Source: Myxococcota bacterium
GTDB taxonomy: Bacteria > Myxococcota_A > Polyangia > Nannocystales > Nannocystaceae
Assembly (NCBI GenBank): GCA_039028615.1
Contig: JBCCHT010000018.1
Coordinates: 157,153 to 221,152, forward strand
Reading direction: 5' to 3'
DNA length: 64,000 nucleotides
Part shown: positions 48,900 through 57,074 of the stretch, piece after piece
Layout: each line of letters starts with the position of its first letter
Numbering within the stretch: position 1 is the first letter of the stretch
Translations under genes and position numbers: made by a program
Notes under the pieces: generated by a model
Databases searched by the model: none
Told to the model about the DNA's origin: nothing
The model's input: only the letters and a program-made list of their open reading frames with translations

Positions 48900-50306
48900 C
48901 TAGAACTGGAAGTAGATGAACTGGGGACCGCCTTCGGAACCCAGGGTGAGGGTGGCCAGCAGGGCGAGGCCGTAAAAGAGCAGGGCGGAGGCGGGGCTGG
49001 CATCGATGCGCTCGCGCCAGCGGCCGCGGCGAGCGAGCCCGGACAGCACGAGGAAGCCGGCGACGAAGCCGAAGAACCCGACCTGCATCAGCGTGGGCAG
49101 CCCCCACCACGGGGCGGTGTACATGCGGCCGACGATCGTCACCGCGTCGCCGAGGTGGTCGACGCGGAACAGCACCCAGCCCACGACCACCAGCTGGAAG
49201 GTGAGCAGCCAGGCGAGCCCGGAGCCCACCCATCCCAGGCGCGAGAGCAGCCGCCCCGCGCCTTCGCGGCCGGACCACAGCGCGTGCACCAGCAGCAGGA
49301 CGCCGTGGTAGAGCCCCCACAGCACGAAGTTCCAGGCTGCCCCGTGCCACAGCCCCGACAGGAACATCGTGGCGGTGAGGTTGGCGAGGGTGCGGGCGCG
49401 ATGGCCTCGGCTCCCGCCCAGGGGCACGAACACGTAGTCGCGGAACCACTCCGACAGCGAGATATGCCAGTGACGCCAGAAGTCGCGGACGTTGCGGACC
49501 AGGTAGGGCTGGTCGAAGTTCCGCATCAGCTGGATGCCCAGCAGGCGGGCCGAGCCGCGGGCGATCTCGGAGTAGGCCGAAAAGTCGCAGTAGATCTGCA
49601 GCGTGAAGCCCAGGGTCGCGACCGCGGCCGCCCAGCCATCGAAGCCCTCGGGGTTGGCGTAGACCGGCTCGACCAGGCGCGCGCAGTGATCGGAGATGAT
49701 CACCTTCTTGAACAGGCCCCAGATGATCAGCCGCGTACCCACCAGGAGGTTGGAGGCGGAAAAGCGCAGGTGCAGGGCCTGCTCGATCTGCGGCAGCAAC
49801 CGGGAGGCGCGCTCGATGGGGCCGGCGACCAGCTGCGGGAAGAACGAGACGTAGACGAAGAAGCGAGCGACCGAGCGGGTGGGGCGGAGCTTGCCCCGGT
49901 ACACGTCGATCGTGTAGCTCATCGTCTGGAAGGTGTAGAAGCTGATGCCGGGCGGCAGCACCACTTCGATCACCGACCCGGGCACGACGTCGCCGAGCAG
50001 CGCCTGCATGTTGGCCACGAAGAAGCCCGCGTACTTGAAGTAGCCCAGGATCCCCAGGTTGGTGATCATCGAGGCGGCCAGCACCAAGCGGCGTCGGCGG
50101 AGGCGATCGGAGCCCAGGGCGAGGCCGCACGAAAAATCGACCGCGGCCGAGATCGCGATGAGCCCCAGGAACGCGACGCTCCACGCTCCATAGAAGATGG
50201 TGCTGGCGAGCAGCACGATGCCCAGGCGCCCACGCGGCCCCAGCCCGTAGAACCCGATGAGGGTCCCGAGCAGGAGCAGGAGATAGGCGAGGGAGTCGAA
50301 CTGCAC
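48900..50306 (-). CDS. MBOAT O-acyltransferase, AlgI/DltB family
   Basis: LPPGISFYTFQTMSY, FFPQLVAGPIER, DFSAYS, FWRHWHISLSEWFRDY, GLWHGA, terminal FIYFQF. Confidence 0.96.
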   Translation of the reverse strand: MQFDSLAYLLLLLGTLIGFYGLGPRGRLGIVLLASTIFYGAWSVAFLGLIAISAAVDFSCGLALGSDRLRRRRLVLAASMITNLGILGYFKYAGFFVANMQALLGDVVPGSVIEVVLPPGISFYTFQTMSYTIDVYRGKLRPTRSVARFFVYVSFFPQLVAGPIERASRLLPQIEQALHLRFSASNLLVGTRLIIWGLFKKVIISDHCARLVEPVYANPEGFDGWAAAVATLGFTLQIYCDFSAYSEIARGSARLLGIQLMRNFDQPYLVRNVRDFWRHWHISLSEWFRDYVFVPLGGSRGHRARTLANLTATMFLSGLWHGAAWNFVLWGLYHGVLLLVHALWSGREGAGRLLSRLGWVGSGLAWLLTFQLVVVGWVLFRVDHLGDAVTIVGRMYTAPWWGLPTLMQVGFFGFVAGFLVLSGLARRGRWRERIDASPASALLFYGLALLATLTLGSEGGPQFIYFQF

Positions 50307-50357
50307 GCGCGGACTCGGGGCGGGGTCCGGGGGGAGGATCGCGGTCGGAGCGCGGGC

Positions 50358-50894
50358 TCAGGGCTTGGCGGGGGCGTCCTCGACCGCGTCGGCCTTGGCT
50401 TCGCTCGGGGCAGGTGCGTCCGGCTGGGGTTCGCCCTGGTTGGTGGGGCGTCGGGCCGATCCGAGGCGGCGACGATCGGGGTTCACCCCCTTGCGGGCCT
50501 GGCCTCGCTCGTTGCCCAGGCGCTCGACCTGCTGCCGCAGCTCGTTCAGATCGGTGCGCAGCGCCTCGAGGTACTTTTGCTTGGGGCCGCGCTCGCCTTC
50601 GCTCGCCTTGGGAGCACGGACCTCGTCGATCAGCCCGCCCAGCGTGTAGTGCAGCACCCCGAGCCACACAAAGGGCAGCAGCGCGACCATCAGCAGCCCC
50701 AGCAGCCAGCCCTTGCGTGACGGTGCGGCGGCGGCCGTGGCCGGGGCGGGCGACGACAGCGGGATGTCCCGGGCCTCGAGGTGCTCTTGCAGACGAGCGT
50801 AGGTGGCTTCGAGCTCCTCACCCAACATCATCGTTTGCGATGGCTCGTGGATGAGAACGAAAGCGCCGGTATCAGAGCGACGGACGGTGATCAT
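50358..50894 (-). CDS. Single-TM hypothetical protein with coiled coil
   Basis: MITVRRSDTGAFVLIHEPS…; one TM; heptad stretch; first gene of the MBOAT unit. Confidence 0.6.
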   Translation of the reverse strand: MITVRRSDTGAFVLIHEPSQTMMLGEELEATYARLQEHLEARDIPLSSPAPATAAAAPSRKGWLLGLLMVALLPFVWLGVLHYTLGGLIDEVRAPKASEGERGPKQKYLEALRTDLNELRQQVERLGNERGQARKGVNPDRRRLGSARRPTNQGEPQPDAPAPSEAKADAVEDAPAKP

Positions 50895-51579
50895 GGGGGG
50901 CGGCCTGGGGCCGGGAAGACTACCAGGCCCCGCCCGGCCCTCGAAGCTCGGGCGGCCGTGGGGCGCCACTTTCGCGGTCGCGCTTCGATGTGCGGTCGAA
51001 CGGCGGTCCCCTCGATTTTTCTGCGAACGACGACGTTGGGTCGAAGCACGAATGTACCGAGTGATCGATTTGCGGGGAGTCTCGGCGCAGGTATGCCGGA
51101 TTCGAGAGCGAAGGCTCGGTCCGACGATCCGCTCGGCCACTGTTTCGCGAGTACGCGCCCCATCTCGATGAGCCGATCGCGGCGTCGATGCATCGACGGA
51201 CGGCAGGCCGGTGAACGGCTGAACCGAGCGGGCTCGCGTCGAGTTCTCGCGGTGTGAACAGGTGCGGTCGAGGTCGTCGCGTCATGGCGCGGGAGCGCGC
51301 GTCGATGAACGCGGGTTGGCCCACGACCTTCGAGTCAGCACACCAACCGGGAAATCGTAGGTGCAAGAGCGCCGCGATGGTTCGCTTACGTCGACGACAG
51401 CGACCAGCGCCCTCGGAGGCTCGCGTGGTGCCGGGGCTCGGGTCGAAGTGTGCCGTCGTCGCTTGATTCACCGAGACCCGGAGCTATACGTCGGAACGTG
51501 TCGCCGGCGGGGCGGTGAGGGTCGAATCGACGACTCACTGTCACGAGTGCCGCTTTGCGTCGGCGATGGGAGTGTGTGT

Positions 51580-53220
51580 ATGGACCAATCGAAATCAATT
51601 CATGGGATCGCCGTGGCGTTGATGAGCCTGTTCGTTGGTTGCGACGATGCGCAGCCACGCGACGTCGCCGAGTACGATCGAGAGCAGGAGAGCTTCAGCC
51701 AGCGTATCGAGGCCGAAGATCGAACCGACCAGCAGGGCTGGTCTCAGCGCTCGAATCACGGGGGTTACACCGGGTCGGGCTTCATGGACGCGGGGGGCGA
51801 GGGCACCTGGCTCGAGTGGGATGACGTGAACGTGCCCGCGGCGGGTGAGTACGAGCTGACGGTGCGCTACGCCAACGGCAGCTCGAACCACCGTCGGTCT
51901 GCGCTCATCATCAACGACGACGACGTGGCCAACGAGGAGTTCGCCAAGACGGGGGGATGGTCGCAGTGGAACACGCGAACCCGCACCGTGTTCCTCGAGG
52001 AGGGCGACAACACCATCCGCTTCGAGGCGATTACCAGCCGGGGCGGGCCCAATATCGACCACATCGAGCTTCACGGGAGCTTCGATCCAGACCCCGGCGT
52101 CGAGCCCGAGCCCGAGCCCGACCCGGACCCCACGGGAATACCCACCCCGGGGGCGACGGGGCTGCTCGATCGCGGCGCGGGCACCAAGATCCGCATCGCC
52201 TCGTGGAACAACCACCGCGGATCGATCTTCCCCAAGACCGACTCGACGTGGCGGGCGATCAACCGCTCTGGGAAGTACGACGTGGAGCGCACCGAAGGGG
52301 CCGAGCGCATCATCACCGCGGTGGATGCCGACATCTGGCTGCTCCAAGAGACCTCCTACGGCAACCTGCCCAGCGGGGTGAGCACCAACGCGATCAACAA
52401 CAAGATCCGCGGCTACATGAACGACATCACGGGGGACTCGTGGACGGTTCGGTGCAACGGACGCGGCCTATGCATGATGATGCGCGGGAATATCGGGCTG
52501 CTCGACACGTGCCTGGGCGAGCGACGCGTCAACGCGTACATGGTCGAGCTGCGGGATCACGACGACGCCACGCTGATGCTCTTGAACACCCACTACATGA
52601 GCAGCAGCCACGCCAACAAGACGCGGAGCATCATCGAGGACTCGAATGCCTCGGCCGTGTTCGTGGGCGGTGACTTCAACAACTCGCGGGGCGGCAACCG
52701 CTTCAACACCATCGACGGCATCCCGGGCATGGACTTCCTGCAGCTGACCCAGTGGGTCGACTGGGACGCGCCGCACCTGTCGACGTCGATGATCTCGAGC
52801 CCGCAGCCGCAGAACCCCGACGCGTTCCCCGAGAACACCAAGGGCTACCTGAAGTACGGCTCGGCCGGGGGCGGGCAGGCGTTGCTCAACCGCACCCAGG
52901 GCGGCGATATCGACCACTTCTTCCTGCAGTCGAACTCCGGGTCCTGGGAGCCCACCCACCACTTCACGCTCAACACGTTGATGCTGTCGAAGGAGACCCT
53001 CGCCCAGTACGACCTGGAGCCGCTCGACGTGGCGCTGCTGCCCAAGCGCTACGAGCCCTACTTCTCCGACTTCATGTCCACGGGGCAGATCGAGGAGATT
53101 CCCAGCAGCGTCTACGCCGACTCGAACAAGGGCATGGATCTGGATCACTTGCCGATGGTGGTCGACCTCGACTTCTCGGCCGCGCAGGCGAGTAGTTCCG
53201 GCTCGCTCGATTGCGGCTGA
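51580..53220 (+). CDS. Lipoprotein: CBM6/CBM35-like module plus endonuclease/exonuclease/phosphatase (EEP) domain
   Basis: Lipobox FVGC; IEAED…GYTGSGF…YELTVRYANG…TGGWSQW…PNIDHI; then IASWN, LLQE, NTH, GGDFN, IDH, DHLPMVVD. Confidence 0.85.
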   Translation: MDQSKSIHGIAVALMSLFVGCDDAQPRDVAEYDREQESFSQRIEAEDRTDQQGWSQRSNHGGYTGSGFMDAGGEGTWLEWDDVNVPAAGEYELTVRYANGSSNHRRSALIINDDDVANEEFAKTGGWSQWNTRTRTVFLEEGDNTIRFEAITSRGGPNIDHIELHGSFDPDPGVEPEPEPDPDPTGIPTPGATGLLDRGAGTKIRIASWNNHRGSIFPKTDSTWRAINRSGKYDVERTEGAERIITAVDADIWLLQETSYGNLPSGVSTNAINNKIRGYMNDITGDSWTVRCNGRGLCMMMRGNIGLLDTCLGERRVNAYMVELRDHDDATLMLLNTHYMSSSHANKTRSIIEDSNASAVFVGGDFNNSRGGNRFNTIDGIPGMDFLQLTQWVDWDAPHLSTSMISSPQPQNPDAFPENTKGYLKYGSAGGGQALLNRTQGGDIDHFFLQSNSGSWEPTHHFTLNTLMLSKETLAQYDLEPLDVALLPKRYEPYFSDFMSTGQIEEIPSSVYADSNKGMDLDHLPMVVDLDFSAAQASSSGSLDCG

Positions 53221-53245
53221 GACCTCGCGCCTGAGACAATGACGA

Positions 53246-53281
53246 AGGCTGGCACCGGGGTCGGACCCCGTGTGCCAGCCT
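53246..53281. terminator. Long hairpin between convergent genes
   Basis: AGGCTGGCAC-CGGGGTC…GACCCCG-T-GTGCCAGCCT; no clear U tract. Confidence 0.6.
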
Positions 53282-53302
53282 CGTGCATGTGGCTTCGTCG
53301 AG

Positions 53303-53707
53303 TCAGTCTCGCGGCCCGCTGGGCTCCGACTCGAGGATCCGGGTGGTGACCTCGGACTCGAGCTCGCCGTCGACCCAGACCTCCATGGTGGTCTCGCCCA
53401 CGGTCAGGCCGATGATGGTCTGGTCGTCGCTCAGCCCGGGGCGCACGTCGACGAGCAGCGGGTCGGTGGGGCGAAGCTCGACCTCGACGGACTCCTCGAA
53501 CTCGGTGCGGCTGTCGCTCTGCGGGGACAGCCGGACCACCATGGCCTCGCCGCGGGCGATCTCGATGCGCTGGTCGGTGCACAGGTTCTGGGTGGGCGTC
53601 TCGTTGAGGACCTCGCAGCGGAAGCCCTCGTAGCGGGGCGCGCAGGCGCTGAGGGAGGAGACCAGGCCGCACAGGGCCAACATTCCAAACAGTGAGCGTC
53701 GCATCAT
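53303..53707 (-). CDS. Small lipoprotein, Ig-like
   Basis: MMRRSLFGMLALCGLVSSLSAC lipobox; ATGA overlap with the upstream gene; GETTMEV strand. Confidence 0.75.
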   Translation of the reverse strand: MMRRSLFGMLALCGLVSSLSACAPRYEGFRCEVLNETPTQNLCTDQRIEIARGEAMVVRLSPQSDSRTEFEESVEVELRPTDPLLVDVRPGLSDDQTIIGLTVGETTMEVWVDGELESEVTTRILESEPSGPRD

Positions 53708-54405
53708 CCTGCCTCCCTGACCTCGACGGGAATCTCGAAGGAAAGGTCGCCCGAGCGCACGGTGACCGTGGTCTCGCCCGCGGCGAGCGCCTGGAGCTCG
53801 ATGTCGTTGCGGTTCTCCGAGGACCACGCTTCGATGATGCTCGTGTCGGCGATGGTCCACTCGTACTCGAGGCTGCCGCCCAGCTCGGTGCCGTCGGCCG
53901 CCTCGGGCGTGGCGCCGAAGTCGTGGAGCGTGCCCGCGATGAGCACCAGGGTGTCGCCGGGCCAGGTCTCGTCGTCGACGCGAACGACGAGGTCGGTGGC
54001 GGGCTTGGCCTCGATGTGGAGCAGGTCGTAGATCTCGCCGGAGCTGTTCTCGACCAGCAGGGGCGCCCGGCCCTCGGTGGTCATCGTCCAGCGGCCATCG
54101 GTGCGCTGCAGGCAATCGAGGCAGCCGCTGATGATGTCGAAGTGGACGGTGCCGTCGTTGGGTTCGTAGTCGAGGCGGAAGCTGGAGCCCACGGCCACCG
54201 CGGTGGGGAACTCGCGGGAGAGGTCGCCGCGGTCGCAGAAGCCGTCGTCGTGGGTGTTCTCGCAGGAGTAGTAGAAGCGACCACGATCGAGTTCGCCAGT
54301 GCGGCCGGGATCGGCGAAGTCGCAGGCCGCGAGGCCAACGAGGGCGATCAGCGCACCGACGGCTCGGCGATGCGCTGCGGGTTTGGTGGGACTCAGCAAA
54401 GCCAT
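53704..54405 (-). CDS. Lipoprotein with C-terminal Ig-like domain
   Basis: Lipobox LAAC; YEWTIADTSII…ALAAGETTVTVRSG. Confidence 0.75.
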   Translation of the reverse strand: MALLSPTKPAAHRRAVGALIALVGLAACDFADPGRTGELDRGRFYYSCENTHDDGFCDRGDLSREFPTAVAVGSSFRLDYEPNDGTVHFDIISGCLDCLQRTDGRWTMTTEGRAPLLVENSSGEIYDLLHIEAKPATDLVVRVDDETWPGDTLVLIAGTLHDFGATPEAADGTELGGSLEYEWTIADTSIIEAWSSENRNDIELQALAAGETTVTVRSGDLSFEIPVEVREAG

Positions 54406-54551
54406 TGCGTTCGGGTAGTGCCCCGTCCCTCGCAGACGATCACCCGCCCTCCCGCTTTTTCGAAACACGTCGTTTTCGACCCCCGGCCGTGATCCAACCG
54501 TGCCGCTGGCGGACCTGAACCGGTGTGGGGGCAATGGGGTATCGAAGGGGG

Positions 54552-55193
54552 ATGGGGGGGAGCTCGGACGCATCGGGGGTTGCGGAACAGCTCATTCGGG
54601 GGGTGCGACAGACCAAGAGGCGGGGGCTCACGGTCGGTCGCCAAGTGGATGCACTGCAGACGCTGGTGCAGACCTTCGTCGGGTCGGCCCGGGGGTGTCT
54701 TCCCGGGCCGGCCTCGATGCAGGCCCACCCGCGGGCGCTGCTCAACGATCCCGAGGACGACTTCCAGATCGTGTTGTCGACGTGGGCGCCGGGGCGGGTG
54801 AGCCCGATCCACGCGCATGGCAACAATGTAGGAGTCGTAGCCGCGCTGGTGGGGGAGACGGTCGAGACCAAGTTCGAGCGCCGAGCGCAGGGCCACGGGC
54901 GGGTCGAGCTGCGCGCTCAGGATCGCACGCCGATCGGGCCGGGCTCGGTCAGCCCCTTGCTCCCCAATGACACGGATCAGGTGCACCGAGTCGCCAATGC
55001 GAGCGGGCAGTGGGCGACGACCGTGCACGTGTACATGAACACCATGCTGGTCTACGAGGTGTACCCGGAGCCCTACGCGGGCTCGGTGCGGAGCATCCTC
55101 GTCCCGCTGCACTTCGACGCCCGACGGCTGTGGCGGCAGTGGGCGCGGCCCCGGGAACTCGGTGCCTTCGCGCCGATGGCCATGGCGCTATAG
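54552..55193 (+). CDS. Cysteine dioxygenase-family cupin
   Basis: WAPGRVSPIHAHG…VHRVAN…TVHVY: three-His iron site and H-x-Y motif. Start uncertain. Confidence 0.8.
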   Translation: MGGSSDASGVAEQLIRGVRQTKRRGLTVGRQVDALQTLVQTFVGSARGCLPGPASMQAHPRALLNDPEDDFQIVLSTWAPGRVSPIHAHGNNVGVVAALVGETVETKFERRAQGHGRVELRAQDRTPIGPGSVSPLLPNDTDQVHRVANASGQWATTVHVYMNTMLVYEVYPEPYAGSVRSILVPLHFDARRLWRQWARPRELGAFAPMAMAL

Positions 55194-55202
55194 TTCGGGT
55201 CC

Positions 55203-55688
55203 ATGTCGACCTTCCACGAATTCGAGATGCAGTCGATCACCGGGGACCCGGTCCGTTTTTCCGAGTACGAGGGCAAGGTCTGCCTGATCGTCAACGTCGC
55301 GAGTGCTTGAGGGCTCACCCCTCAGTACGCAGGTCTGCGTACGATGCACGAGAACTTCTCCGCGCAGGGCTTCACCGTCTTGGGCTTTCCCTGCAATCAG
55401 TTCGGTCGCCAAGAGCCGGGCACCAACGAGGAGATCCTCGAATTCGCGCGGTCGAAGTACGACGTGAACTTCCCGATGTTCGCGAAGATCGAGGTCAACG
55501 GCCCGGGCGCGGCTCCGCTTTTCGAGTTCTTGCGCAACGGGGCGGCCAACGAAGACGGCAGCTCCGATCTCCAGTGGAACTTCACCAAGTTCCTGGTCGA
55601 CGGGCAGGGCAACGTCATCAAGCGCTATTCGCCCAAGACCACGCCCGAGGAAATCGCGGCCGAGCTGCCCTCGTATTTGGGCAAATAG
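55203..55688 (+). CDS. gpx: Glutathione peroxidase, selenocysteine-containing
   Basis: MSTFHEF…KVCLIVNVASA-U(TGA 55308-55310)-GLTPQY…LGFPCNQFGRQEPG…WNFTKFLVD; the TGA sits at the peroxidatic residue. Confidence 0.92.
55325..55342 (+). promoter_or_regulatory. Bacterial SECIS hairpin
   Basis: GTACGCAGGTCTGCGTAC starting 15 nt after the TGA; apical GCAGGUCUGC matches the E. coli fdhF SECIS tip. Confidence 0.85.
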
Positions 55689-55701
55689 CGAAACAGCGCT
55701 T

Positions 55702-55732
55702 CCGCCGCCCGGCCTCTGTGGACGGGCGGTGG
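55702..55732 (+). terminator. Hairpin downstream of gpx
   Basis: CCGCCGCCCG…CGGGCGGTGG; no U tract. Confidence 0.4.
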
Positions 55733-55878
55733 CGTGCGCTTGGACCCGTTTTTCGAGAACACTCGGTCCGGGCGACGCGAGAAGCATGGGCCGGGCCATC
55801 AGGGGTCGGTGGTGTGGCGCAGGCCCGCGATCGGGTTCGTCGCTTGGCCCGCCCCCGGCCACGCCCTATGCTTGCGCC

Positions 55879-56169
55879 ATGTCGGACGACCAAGGCAGCG
55901 CCGCGTGGCCCATCGTGAAGCTCGGGCTGATGGGGCTGGGAGGCCTGGTCGCCATCGGCCTGGTCGTGTCCGTGCTCAAGCCCCTGCTCATCCTCGGCGT
56001 CATCGCGGGGGCGGGCTACGTGGGCTATCGGCTGTTCATGGGCACCGACAAGGCGCTCGAGGGCAAGGGCGAGCAAAAGGCCCTCGGTGCCGACAACGAC
56101 TTCGAGCGCCGCATGGCCGAGCTCGACGCGATGGAAAAGAAGCTCGACGCGGAGATCCGCAAGGGCTGA
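55879..56169 (+). CDS. Small membrane protein
   Basis: Two hydrophobic helices and a charged helical C-terminus. Confidence 0.7.
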   Translation: MSDDQGSAAWPIVKLGLMGLGGLVAIGLVVSVLKPLLILGVIAGAGYVGYRLFMGTDKALEGKGEQKALGADNDFERRMAELDAMEKKLDAEIRKG

Positions 56170-56183
56170 TCAGGTAGTGCTCG

Positions 56184-57074
56184 TCACTCGAAGGTGACGC
56201 GACCGACCTTGCCGACGCGGAGCACTTCGCGTTGCGCATCGTCGAGGGTGAGGCGGGCCTCGGCGACGATGAGTCGCGCGCCGGCCTCGATCTCGGGGGC
56301 GATGGTGGTGACCTCGCCCGGCAGCTCGATGTTCTCGTCGACGAAGCGCACCCGGACCTTGGCCCCCAGGGCGAGCACGCCGTCGTTCTCTTCGGGCACG
56401 GCGAAGCGCACCAGCCGGGACTCGGAGATGATCTGCACGACCGGCTCGCCCAGGGCGAGCGTGGCTCCCGGGTCGACGTAGCGCCGCGAGATGACGCCCC
56501 CGAAGGGCGCGCGCAGCTCGGCCTCGGCGATGCGGGCGCTGGCCTCGTCCATGCGGCTTCGCTGCTGGCGGAGCGAGGCCCCGGCGCTGCGCTTGCGGGC
56601 GGCGGCCAGCTTCTCGGCGAACCGTTGCTCGCGCAGCTCGGCCCGCGACACGAAGCTCTCGAGCTGCTCGACGTCGGACCGGGTGGCGCGGGCCTGCTCG
56701 AGCTCGAGGGCGAGGCGATCGAGCTCGGCGCGCGAGGCCTTCCAGGCGGCGGTGGTGGAGGCCAGCTCGTTCTTGTCGCCGCGGACGTCCATCTCGGCCA
56801 CGACCTCGCCCTCTTTGACCGCGTCGCCGACCTCGAGGTCGAGTCGCTGCAGTCGAGCGAAGCCGGAGGCGACGAGCACCACCTCGGACTCGGGCACCAG
56901 CACGCCGACCATCGATCCGGGATCGGCCTTGGCCTCGGTCGGCGGGGCCTCGGGAGCCTTGGGCGCCTCGTGCTCGCTGATGTCGATGTCGAGGGGCTCG
57001 GGGTCGCACGCACCGAGCCCCAGCGCCACGACGGCGCCCAGGAGCATCGACGGCCATCGGAGACTGCGTCGCAT
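56184..57074 (-). CDS. Periplasmic adaptor (MFP) lipoprotein of the RiPP exporter
   Basis: MRRSLRW…LGAC lipobox; VGDAVKEGEVV, LRAPFGGVI; TGATG coupling to the transporter. Confidence 0.85.
   Translation of the reverse strand: MRRSLRWPSMLLGAVVALGLGACDPEPLDIDISEHEAPKAPEAPPTEAKADPGSMVGVLVPESEVVLVASGFARLQRLDLEVGDAVKEGEVVAEMDVRGDKNELASTTAAWKASRAELDRLALELEQARATRSDVEQLESFVSRAELREQRFAEKLAAARKRSAGASLRQQRSRMDEASARIAEAELRAPFGGVISRRYVDPGATLALGEPVVQIISESRLVRFAVPEENDGVLALGAKVRVRFVDENIELPGEVTTIAPEIEAGARLIVAEARLTLDDAQREVLRVGKVGRVTFE

Noticed and set aside
47292..50720. Long antisense ORFs (also 36939-39176, 40264-42279, 57134-59368, 19948-22026, 22030-24342, 61820-63865)
   Set aside because: Stop-poor shadow frames typical of high-GC DNA, lying opposite genes with clear family motifs.
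50895..51579. Several overlapping ORFs in the gap between the MBOAT unit and the CBM-EEP gene
   Set aside because: No motifs or coding-like codon pattern; treated as a divergent promoter region.
55308..55310. Nonsense mutation making gpx a pseudogene
   Set aside because: The TGA is exactly at the catalytic position and is followed by a SECIS-like hairpin.
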